Assembly (NCBI GenBank): GCA_002328625.1
Contig: DCVC01000260.1
Span: 1-53,489 of the forward strand
Length of the DNA: 53,489 bases
From: Bacteroidales bacterium UBA2198
GTDB lineage: Bacteria > Bacteroidota > Bacteroidia > Bacteroidales > VadinHA17
Reading direction: 5' to 3'
Shown here: positions 36,701 through 43,344 of the stretch, piece by piece
Position numbering within the stretch: position 1 is the first letter of the stretch
How the letters are laid out: each line of letters starts with the position of its first letter
Notes under the pieces: model-generated
The model's input: the letters and a program-made list of their open reading frames with translations, nothing else
Databases searched by the model: none
What the model was told of the DNA's origin: nothing
Program-made: the position numbers and the translations under genes

Positions 36701-38027
36701 CCCTATCGGTATAAATAGCAGTAATGTAATCCGAACTGATTGAATTTCTGTCAGCAGGATCATATTTATAATGTAACATCCTCTGGCTTTCTCCGGACAT
36801 GATCCTGTTTAGCCCGTCATTATACATTCCTATCCACAAATTTCTGTTTTTGTCTTTATGGACTGATCTTACAATATTTCCGATTATGCTGTTTGGATCA
36901 CCCGGAATATTCCTATACCAGGTGAAATCCTTAAGATTAATCTTGACCTTTGACACACCTTTGCCTTTAAACGATACCCAGAGCACTCCAGTCCTGCCAC
37001 CATAAATACCGATAATTCTTTCATCCAGAAGCGATAGGGGATTATCAGGCTCATGTGAATATACTGAGTATTTGCCATCTTTTTTATTGATCTTAAAGAG
37101 GGATTTCTCAATTGCTATCCACATAAATCCTTTGTCATCTTCATAAAGAGCTGTTATTGGCTCTAAACTCCACAGGTACGTCTCAGTGGTACCGGGATTA
37201 AGTCTGCTAAGGTATCCCTGAAGAGTGCAAAAGCTGAGGGTTTCCTTATCAAACAGAGCAAGGCCGGCATTTGTACCAAGCCAGATCAGCCCTCCTTGAT
37301 CCATAACTGCAGAATTGATTTTTGTAACTCCCCGTAAAACATCCTCGCTTATGTAAAAATGTTCCAGTTGCTTTGTCAGGATGTCGAATTTTTTAAGCCT
37401 GTCAGAAGCAATCCACAACACGTTTCTACTCCTGTCATAAATAATATCTCCTTCAAGATCACCATGGAATTGCTCAGCACTTCTGGTGGTCCCTGCATTT
37501 ATTTTAATCAGTCCTGAAGTCATAGTATTGACCCATAAGAACCCTTCCGCATCCTGTACAATAACCTTTCGTCCTCTCTCGATTACATTGATATTTGATA
37601 CTGCTTTATTTAATGGATCGTTTTTCATATGGGAGAAAACATCCTTTTCCTTATCAAAAACATCCAATCCCTTCAGCGTTCCAATCCATATTTTCCCATC
37701 CCTGTCTTCAAAAAGTGTTGAAATGAAATTATAGGAGAGAGACGAAGTATCCTCTGAATTATTTACATAGTTGGTAAAATTGTAACCATCAAATTTCTGT
37801 AGGCCTGTTGTAGAAGCGAACCACGCAAAGCCTTCCCTGTCAACATAAACGTATTCAACACTGTTTGACAAACCGTTATTGACATTATAATGGGTGCAGA
37901 TTATGCTGTTATTCTGTGCAGATGATTCACAATTCAGGAAAATTAACGAAAATAATATGACTATTAAGAGCCTCGAAAAGGGATTCCCTGATAACATAAT
38001 AACTCTGAATGACAGTATAGGTATCAT
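33777..38027 (-). CDS. Hybrid two-component system (HTCS) sensor kinase / response regulator with an AraC-type HTH output
   Basis: 1416 aa. It contains periplasmic Reg_prop beta-propeller repeats plus a YYY domain, a TM helix (ALVLFSIAFIFLLYLF), HisKA (SHEFRTPL), HATPase (GTGIGLALTKELVELHRG), a receiver (ILVVDDEVEVR...DIIIADIIMPVMDG) and a C-terminal AraC HTH (VGFTSPAYFTKCFKSLFGKTPSEY). Confidence 0.96.
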   Translation of the reverse strand: MIPILSFRVIMLSGNPFSRLLIVILFSLIFLNCESSAQNNSIICTHYNVNNGLSNSVEYVYVDREGFAWFASTTGLQKFDGYNFTNYVNNSEDTSSLSYNFISTLFEDRDGKIWIGTLKGLDVFDKEKDVFSHMKNDPLNKAVSNINVIERGRKVIVQDAEGFLWVNTMTSGLIKINAGTTRSAEQFHGDLEGDIIYDRSRNVLWIASDRLKKFDILTKQLEHFYISEDVLRGVTKINSAVMDQGGLIWLGTNAGLALFDKETLSFCTLQGYLSRLNPGTTETYLWSLEPITALYEDDKGFMWIAIEKSLFKINKKDGKYSVYSHEPDNPLSLLDERIIGIYGGRTGVLWVSFKGKGVSKVKINLKDFTWYRNIPGDPNSIIGNIVRSVHKDKNRNLWIGMYNDGLNRIMSGESQRMLHYKYDPADRNSISSDYITAIYTDRGNRLWIGTFDNGFCVAENIYSSDDLKFRRFLFEDHTEVPDITEDAAGRIWIATIKGFYLYEPASKQLFHYGDKVNQLPEMKGINIQSVVYEPPNVFWFASWNRGLCKFYVNSDTLLTNLNKKDSLVIYDNITDIRNSKIDNGFLKIYKDKNNVIWLASNVNGLIKVTEKDGGMEFIKYDKSRGAPDNSVYSIAGDKDDNIWFSTNHGLGKLVTKTEQINTYYESDGILSNAFIWDAGCQSENGEIFFGGINGLISFFPEKIMNDTTLYPVYISRLVIQNKEVKIGDEINGRKILSKSIPYTDKITLTHLERAFSLEFVALNNLDPEETQYAYKLEGFDQDWIYTAYDRRYVTYTNLEQGLYQFMVKASNSDGVWNEKPAVLTIRILPPWWRTPFALVLFSIAFIFLLYLFRRLILMRARLIHDAKLQQVRREKAEALYNVKMELLTDISHEFRTPLSLILAPLQNIIASVANDPRLAKQTTLIRKNADRLLRLTDQITDLRKIDLNKMTLRLKKGDVVEKLREITSSFDEISQQRSMNLEFTSEFEASESYFDESCLEKIMYNLLSNAFKYTPDGGLIQVTCRMVQNGIDPSLDIPDGEYIEITIKDNGIGIPQEQMGHLFERFFRIERHDSIIRRGTGIGLALTKELVELHRGKIFIQSDEDKGTNFKILLPTGNEIWTDDQISGVSGEEKEMTGSFQSYLLTEEHEYVRRYSGRNNKPGNQAKSPVILVVDDEVEVRTYIRDHFENSYCICEASNGLNGLEMAIRNNPDIIIADIIMPVMDGNEMCKKLKEEIRTSHIPIIMLTARSSMDNKIEGLEKGADAYIEKPFSIDLVEVQIRNLLENRRIIRNKFSKELLIKPSDIAVTSIDADFIQKAISVVEKNISDPDFSSDKFCKEIGLSRSSLHRKLAALTSQSASEFIRTLRLKRAVNLLEHSGLSVEEVSYKVGFTSPAYFTKCFKSLFGKTPSEYIKK

Positions 38028-38090
38028 ATATACCAGATTAATATAAACTCAAATTTAAACTAAAATGTTGATTACGGCAAAAAAGATATA

Positions 38091-38453
38091 TCACATTTTC
38101 AATGACTTCAGATATCTTGTCTTTCCGTAAGGACACACAGAAACGCAGATGCCGCATACCCTTGCATCGGGCATGATGTATTTTTTCCCCATGATCCTGC
38201 ACATCCCGCGGCATTTGAAAGCATTCAGCAAGAAATCACTCTGAACAGAGACATTCCAGTCATTTCCGGATGTCGCACAATGAACGGCCGCACTAAAAGT
38301 TTTTTGGCTGGTCAGAACATACAAATGTCCCTGCTTATTGATCTCATCGTGTAGGATTGTTCGTCCTGGCTGCTTTCGCAACTGTTGAAGCAGAAATAGA
38401 GGTTCATTTATCAAAGTTAGGCTTGCGTATTGTTTTCCACATAACCTTGCCAC
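38091..38453 (-). CDS. Hypothetical Cys-rich 120-aa ORF, possibly a frameshifted tail of the upstream beta-propeller gene
   Basis: It overlaps the propeller gene by 50 nt in another frame. It contains GHLYVLTSQKTFSA (a blade-like strand) and a single partial ferredoxin-like motif C-G-I-C-V-S-V-C-P-Y-G. I recognised no family. Confidence 0.3.
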   Translation of the reverse strand: MARLCGKQYASLTLINEPLFLLQQLRKQPGRTILHDEINKQGHLYVLTSQKTFSAAVHCATSGNDWNVSVQSDFLLNAFKCRGMCRIMGKKYIMPDARVCGICVSVCPYGKTRYLKSLKM

Positions 38454-39456
38454 CCATGCTCATGCAGCACAGGCCATCACGTTTGTTGTTTGTTGAGAAC
38501 TGGGCATAGAAATATCCATTATACAATATTGGTGGTTTGGTGTGATCACCGAAATCATTATGTTTGAAAAGCTCTTTTACAGTATAGCTGCCATCAACCC
38601 TTTTTTCGACTTTTATCATTGCTGTTCCGAGGTCATATCCTCCAACTGCCATAATCCTGCCTTCGCCGGCATCAAAAGCTGGAGCTATCTGAATGACATT
38701 CTCCCAGTCGTTGTATTCCCAGAGAATTTTCCCGGTTTGTGGTTTCATCCCGATTATCCTGCCCCGGGAAACAAAAGATGAAAATATCATTACGAGGTGA
38801 TCCTCTCCCGCAATCTTTACAATGGTCGGACTGGCGTAAGTTTCATTTCCAATGGCTTCTGTCTTCCAGATGATATCTCCTGTCAGCTTGTTATAGGCGA
38901 CCAATCCGGCATCAGGATCCCTGGAGTAAGATACGATTAACAGATTGCCGTATATAAGCGGACATTGGGTTATCGCCCACACCGGTATTTTCGTTCCCCC
39001 GAAATCCTTCATTATGTTCTTGTTCCAGACAGGCTTATGTGTATTGACATCAATGCAGTAAAGATCACCATATGGGCAACAGGAGTAAATCCTGTTGCCA
39101 TCGGTTGAAGGAACACTTCTTGAACCGGGGTACTGAATTGATCCCGGTGCATCATAACTGTATCTCCATAATTCCTTCCCGGTGTTCAGGTCAAAACACC
39201 TCATAATATCGCCGGTTTTATCATCCCTGTCGAGTAAATAAACCTTTCCCGTTTTTACTACGGGACCGCCGTACCCGGGGCCTATATTTGATGTCCAGAG
39301 TACTTGCGGACTTTCTGCTGGCCAGCTGCGGAGTATTCCCTTCTGGGGTGAAGTGTTATTCCTCTTTGGTCCGAGGAACTGAGGCGAGTCCTGGGCAGTA
39401 AGACTGGTAAATCCTGCCAGCAGGACCATTGCAAATATGAATGTTCGTTTTATCAT
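38404..39456 (-). CDS. PQQ-like (BamB-like) beta-propeller repeat protein, secreted
   Basis: I set the start at ATG 39456 (MIKRTFIFAMVLLAGFTSLTAQDS, a signal peptide). The track start at 39561 would add 35 residues derived from repeat copy B. Repeated blades have W...G.G.s.P.v..G.vY...........D..TGk..W patterns (VLWTSNIGPGYGGPVVKTGKVYLL...CFDLNTGKELWRY). Confidence 0.8.
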   Translation of the reverse strand: MIKRTFIFAMVLLAGFTSLTAQDSPQFLGPKRNNTSPQKGILRSWPAESPQVLWTSNIGPGYGGPVVKTGKVYLLDRDDKTGDIMRCFDLNTGKELWRYSYDAPGSIQYPGSRSVPSTDGNRIYSCCPYGDLYCIDVNTHKPVWNKNIMKDFGGTKIPVWAITQCPLIYGNLLIVSYSRDPDAGLVAYNKLTGDIIWKTEAIGNETYASPTIVKIAGEDHLVMIFSSFVSRGRIIGMKPQTGKILWEYNDWENVIQIAPAFDAGEGRIMAVGGYDLGTAMIKVEKRVDGSYTVKELFKHNDFGDHTKPPILYNGYFYAQFSTNNKRDGLCCMSMGGKVMWKTIRKPNFDK

Positions 39457-39545
39457 ACGTGATTTGAAACAAAAAACTGACAGCTTAAAGTAATCAATGA
39501 TATTCGAAAAATTACATAAAGGATTGATTAGAAGGGAAAAATCTC

Positions 39546-39801
39546 CTTTTATTATCACCATCTTCTTTTACCTTTAGATAATCCATATTTTAAAGGTATT
39601 TGAATACAATTAGGCACATGGTTTTTAATTAAAAGACTATTTTGTTTCAAATCCGACAAACAATGTTTCACAATAAACTATGTGTCAGTTTATAAAATTA
39701 TGTAGCAGGAGAAAATTTGGCAAAGAAGATTCCAAACAGCAATTAAATCTGTTATAATGTTTAAGAACAGTACCTTACAGAGATTATTTCTTTATATATT
39801 C
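39546..39801. repeat. Long direct repeat, copy B (partner at 33538..33794)
   Basis: See copy A. Here the HTCS-tail 18-mer (ttatttctttatatattc) is not attached to any HTCS gene. It abuts the abiEi C-terminal fragment. The micro-ORF is cut after MDYLKVKEDGDNKR and runs into the beta-propeller upstream region. Confidence 0.9.
39639..39712 (-). promoter_or_regulatory. Conserved cis-element, copy B, placed upstream of the beta-propeller/HTCS genes
   Basis: It is nearly identical to copy A. A 1-nt deletion in the r1-r2 spacer makes the repeat spacing 20 instead of 21. Confidence 0.5.
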
Positions 39802-40262
39802 CGCATTACATATTCTTGACTTGACAACGCAACCTTCACTTAAAGAACAGATAGTTGTCCCAAAGCAAGTCAGGCCTTCTGTTTTAACCTTAAAAAATGT
39901 TCCATTTCAAATCATCTACCATAATGAGAATCATTTTTTCGGTTATCGAAAGACATGGATTGACAGTTATAACAAAGTAAATTGCTCAGATCTTGAAAAA
40001 ACTATAATCGATTGTCTTTTTAATCCTGGTTACGCAGGTGGTATCGTTGATATTGCAAAGGCTATTTATGTTTCGAAAGACCAATTCGATTTTAAAAAGT
40101 TATTCGAGTATATTAAAAGATTTAATTCTCAGGCTGTAATAAAACGAATGGGATTTCTATTCGAATTACTTGAAATAAAGAACAATATTATAAATGCTCT
40201 TCAACATTTGAAAACAGCTTCATATATTCTGATTGATCCTCAACTTCCAAAAAAAGGAAAAA
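39794..40262 (+). pseudogene. abiEi: abiEi (type IV TA antitoxin) C-terminal portion, on the opposite strand to its own N-terminal portion
   Basis: The plus frame reads ...IYSALHILDLTTQPSLKEQIVVPKQVRPS...FGYRKTWIDSYNKVNCSDLEKTIIDCLFNPGYAGGIVDIAKAIYVSK..FDFKKLFEYIKRFNSQAVIKRMGFLFELLEI...YILIDPQLPKKGK. This matches the AbiEi pattern SAL..hGLT.Q ... sd.EKTl.DCl..p.yaGG ... kRlGyLlE ... LDP.lp.kG. There is no ATG (the track used TTG at 39821). Beyond 40262 the frame is antisense to the N-terminal fragment. Confidence 0.65.
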
Positions 40263-40467
40263 TGATCAGCAGAAGGCACTCCGCTGCCAGGTGCCAGTCA
40301 GGCATGAAAGAACCAGAATCCTGTTCATACGGAATAATGAAATACTTGTCTTCTTTCAATCTCTTCAACAGCCCTCGTCTTGTCATATCACTAAGTAATT
40401 CTCTGACTGCACTTTCTTTAGAATCGGGGAGGGCATTAAACGCCTCCTTATAATCAAAACAATTCAT
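40240..40467 (-). pseudogene. abiEi: abiEi N-terminal winged-helix portion
   Basis: MNCFDYKEAFNALPDSKESAVRELLSDMTRRGLLKRLKEDKYFIIPYEQDSGSFMPDWHLAAECL... is the AbiEi N-terminal wHTH pattern (..lL..l.kkG.L.rl.rG.Y.i.P.e......p.w.iA..L). Homology is lost at about 40266-40272, and the frame stops at 40240. Confidence 0.6.
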
Positions 40468-40665
40468 GTCCTTTTGCCTAAACCAGGCCAGAAAAAATAA
40501 ATTATTACTTATAGGCCAATTGTCAGGATTAACCTGACTGTAGTGATATAGAACATAATTATGTAAATAATAAATGACTCTTTTGCTTATGCAAGAGGTG
40601 GAGGATTGAGGCTAGGAGCAAAAGCAAATGTGCCATTTTTAGTATGTCACTGAATTTTAAAAGTT

Positions 40666-40938
40666 TTGCGCGCGGGCAAATTCCTGGTAGAAGGTACAGA
40701 GTTTTCGTTTCACGATGAGGCATACTTGAAGGCAGGAATTAGTCCTGCTATCACCTGTAGAAATGCTGTCTGCTTGCACTTTAGGCTTGCCCATAACTCT
40801 TTTATAACTTCCTATTATATCAAAAGTGTTGAAAATGGTACTGCATTATCAGCAAGAAAAAATATCATGGATTTAAGAGATGGATTATTTGCCGGAAATA
40901 AAGAGATAAGCGTTAAAATAAACAATTTAGTCTCTTGA
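40666..40938 (+). CDS. Hypothetical ORF (TTG start) with no recognisable family
   Basis: 90 codons are open with a non-ATG start, in an AT-rich scar region. It may be non-coding. Confidence 0.15.
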   Translation: MRAGKFLVEGTEFSFHDEAYLKAGISPAITCRNAVCLHFRLAHNSFITSYYIKSVENGTALSARKNIMDLRDGLFAGNKEISVKINNLVS

Positions 40939-41038
40939 TCTTAATTAATCACACACATACAATTAACTGTCATATAATGTCTTAACCAATTTGCTATATA
41001 CGAGTTTTCACACTCAATTTATTTTTAAATGGCAACTC

Positions 41039-41263
41039 TCAACATTCTTTGACTAATTCTGATTCGAGTAAATTTACATACCAGGCTGCAGGGTAATTTT
41101 TCTTAAGTTCTGTATTATCAATCTGAATGCGGTATACTCTCTTTCGTGGCAAATAAAACAAACTTCCGATGCCGCCCTTATGATTAATACTCTTGGTTTT
41201 CACATAGCCATATGCAATAATATTGTATCCGGCAGCTTCAAGTGCTTCTATACGATCAGCCAA
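41039..41263 (-). CDS. Hypothetical small protein (about 74 aa, non-ATG start)
   Basis: The frame is open from a TAA at about 41276, with TTG as the only start candidate. It reads ADRIEALEAAGYNIIAYGYVKTKSINHKGGIGSLFYLPRKRVYRIQIDNTELKKNYPAAWYV. I recognised no family. Confidence 0.25.
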   Translation of the reverse strand: MADRIEALEAAGYNIIAYGYVKTKSINHKGGIGSLFYLPRKRVYRIQIDNTELKKNYPAAWYVNLLESELVKEC

Positions 41264-41300
41264 ATTATGTGTACCTTAAATAATTGCAGCTATTTCAGCT

Positions 41301-41711
41301 TCAATTTGAATTATTGTCTTGTTCATTATCAGATTGATTAATTTGGTTGTTATTTTCTTTGAACAATTCCATTATTTCTTTCACCTTCTTACGTTCAAAG
41401 TATTTTATCGAGTGGATTAATTTCCACCAGTAATGCCTAAAAACCCTGACCCAAATTATTTCATACCAACGTTCTGTTCTTTGGTGACGGCATATGTATA
41501 ATTCTCCATTTTCGTCTGGTAAATTTTGATTTTTAGTCACACCTGAATAGATATAAACTATTCCTGCAATTGTTTTATCAATTTCTTCAAATGATTTAAT
41601 TGAATAGCATTCATACATTACTTCATCGAAGTAATGCCATGCCCAATTTTCTGTTTCTGCGAAAATGTAACACCAGTTACCACTTTCAAATTCTGCTTTA
41701 TAAACTTTCAT
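41301..41711 (-). CDS. Hypothetical Trp/Tyr-rich 136-aa protein with an Asn/Gln/Asp-rich tail
   Basis: It has an ATG start (MKVYKAEFESGNWCYIFAETENWAWHYFDEV...) and a low-complexity tail NNNQINQSDNEQDNNSN. I recognised no family. It is cytoplasmic (no signal peptide). Confidence 0.4.
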   Translation of the reverse strand: MKVYKAEFESGNWCYIFAETENWAWHYFDEVMYECYSIKSFEEIDKTIAGIVYIYSGVTKNQNLPDENGELYICRHQRTERWYEIIWVRVFRHYWWKLIHSIKYFERKKVKEIMELFKENNNQINQSDNEQDNNSN

Positions 41712-41993
41712 TTCTTAAATATTTTATACTCTACAATTTATTTGTCATAGTCAGCTGTTTGACTACATTAATAAATATGTTAGCAAGGGAGCAAAAGGAC
41801 AAATTTTATTTTTTTTTAACATTTGTTTTGCGAAGAAAAAAACCATAAACCGAATCAGCTTAAGAAGTTACCGCCTGCTGGTTCATTCGTGGTCTTACCT
41901 GACACTGCTCAGGTTTATTTTTTTCAGTAAGATTAGATCTGTGTTCTGTTCCAACTCAGACTTTATTCTGTGATCAGAGGTAAAAGAGTAATA

Positions 41994-42017
41994 TTTTTGT
42001 ACTACTTTTTGTACTAC
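41994..42017. repeat. Perfect 12-bp tandem duplication TTTTTGTACTAC x2
   Basis: tttttgtactac (41994-42005) and tttttgtactac (42006-42017), located 64 nt upstream of the integrase remnant. Confidence 0.9.
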
Positions 42018-42080
42018 TAATGAAAATGGCCTTGTATATATCTGATTTACACGGTCATTAGATTTAACTTGTCGGGGTGA

Positions 42081-42314
42081 GAAGATCTGTTAAAAATACT
42101 TGCCGAGAAAGAAGAATACAAAGAATTAAAATTCAAGACTGATCACACCAGCCATAATTTCAGGGACACTTTCATATCATTAGCAGTCATAAAGGGAGTA
42201 AACTGGAAAAGCATACTGAAATGGGTTGGCCAATCTTCATATAGCATTATGGATCGATACATTCATCTGACAAAACCGTTTGAAGAGAGCGAGATGAAAA
42301 AGATGTTTGGTTAA
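42081..42314 (+). pseudogene. Tyrosine recombinase (phage-integrase family) C-terminal remnant
   Basis: The frame is open only from 42081, with no start codon: ...KFKTDHTSHNFRDTFISLAVIKGVNWKSILKWVGQSSYSIMDRYIHLTKPF...*. This contains the H-x-x-R box (SHNFRDT), the second box with Q in place of the usual H (GQSS versus GHSS) and the catalytic Tyr (DRYIHL). About 77 codons remain of a protein that is normally several hundred residues long. Confidence 0.7.
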
Positions 42315-42367
42315 TTTATCAACAGATCTTATACTCCATATCCCTATGACGGCTGAGTTTATGTAAT

Positions 42368-43171
42368 TTAAATCTTCTTTCCGATATAAAATACATAACC
42401 GTAATATGCTTTGTATTTGTAATATAACTCTGCTTCATACCGCTGATAGCTTACAAATTCTTCTGCGGTTTTGTTGCCTTTATGTTTTTTCAGAAAAGAT
42501 GCGTGAGTCTTTTGCATAATGGAATAATAGTTTGTCCAGCAACTTTCGGGTACGACAAAAGTGGCAATCGGAAGATAACCTGCTTTTTGCATTTGAGCAA
42601 CCTTGTTCGGTATTGTATCTATTTCGGAATAGGCTTTTTGCCAAAATTCCTGAATTTCGGCAGGTCGTTCTTCGGTAAACCAGGTGTTTTCTGTAACTGC
42701 GATATACCCGCCCTGTTTCAAAAATTTTCGCCACTCGTTTAGCCCACGCTTGAATCCAATGTTATAAATCGCACCTTCCGACCAGATCAAGTCTAAATCT
42801 TCCTCCTGAAACGGAAGATTCTCCATATTACCTACAATGCCTTTCATTCTGCCGTGAAGATTTTTATTTTGGGCGTTTTGGTTGAATTGATTGATAAAAT
42901 CTGGCCATAATTCAACACCTGTAATTTCGCACGGAATATTTTGTGCCAACACCATTGTTTGACCGCCTGTACCGCATCCAATATCAGCGACTTTGGACTT
43001 TTCAGCGAGACCGTCTATAAAACTCAATGCTTTGAGCGTTATTTCCGGACTTCCTGGTCCTTGTCTTTCAACATTTGAAAAATAATCGTAAATTACATTC
43101 AAGTCAAATTCGTGAATTGTTTGTTTTTCTTTGCTCATTTTCTTTGATTTTGTTGTATACATAAAACACAT
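42368..43171 (-). CDS. Class I SAM-dependent methyltransferase
   Basis: Motif I is [12 protein letters not shown] and post-I is ITGVEL. The [14 protein letters not shown] and [11 protein letters not shown] blocks are present. The true start may be the internal MSKEKQ (43138). Confidence 0.85.
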   Translation of the reverse strand: MCFMYTTKSKKMSKEKQTIHEFDLNVIYDYFSNVERQGPGSPEITLKALSFIDGLAEKSKVADIGCGTGGQTMVLAQNIPCEITGVELWPDFINQFNQNAQNKNLHGRMKGIVGNMENLPFQEEDLDLIWSEGAIYNIGFKRGLNEWRKFLKQGGYIAVTENTWFTEERPAEIQEFWQKAYSEIDTIPNKVAQMQKAGYLPIATFVVPESCWTNYYSIMQKTHASFLKKHKGNKTAEEFVSYQRYEAELYYKYKAYYGYVFYIGKKI

Positions 43172-43344
43172 TCTTCAGTATGTGAGACAGCTTTCGGATC
43201 TTTAATGATTGGATTTCTGCTTATTGACTCTCGCGCTCTGGCGTAAAGTGTTATGAGCATGATTGACGATACTTCTGATATTGAAAAAGATGGCACTTCC
43301 ATACGTTATATTTTCTTCGATAATAATCCTTTTATTCAGATGCA

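Larger units (their letters stand above)
39802..42314. mobile_element. Decayed integrative/mobile-element scar (abiEi fragments, orphan ORFs, integrase C-terminal remnant)
   Basis: The stretch is AT-rich and breaks the otherwise uniform minus-strand gene orientation. It contains only fragments of mobile-element hallmark genes (an AbiE antitoxin and a tyrosine recombinase) and family-less ORFs. No att sites or tRNA were identified. Confidence 0.5.

Noticed and set aside
38091-38453. 120-aa ORF considered as a 4Fe-4S ferredoxin
   Set aside because: Only one incomplete C-x2-C-x3-C-P motif is present, against the two full C-x2-C-x2-C-x3-C-P motifs expected. That is insufficient to call an Fe-S protein.
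39457-39561. N-terminal extension of the beta-propeller ORF (track start 39561, MVIIKGDFSLLINPL...)
   Set aside because: The extra 35 codons lie in repeat copy B and its junction and have no signal-peptide character. The internal ATG at 39456 gives a canonical signal peptide (MIKRTFIFAMVLLAGFTSLTAQ).
40666-40938. The 90-aa plus ORF considered as a remnant of the AbiEii toxin (FLVEGTEFSFH versus the f.LkGGTAL pattern)
   Set aside because: The similarity is limited to a few residues, and the nucleotidyltransferase motifs (GS-x10-DxD) are absent. The ORF is kept only as a very low-confidence hypothetical.
41850-42080. Search for a tRNA gene or att site next to the integrase remnant
   Set aside because: No cloverleaf-compatible sequence or GTTCGAATC-type T-loop was found by eye, and no direct repeat matching the other end of the island was found. 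Only the 12-bp tandem duplication is reported.
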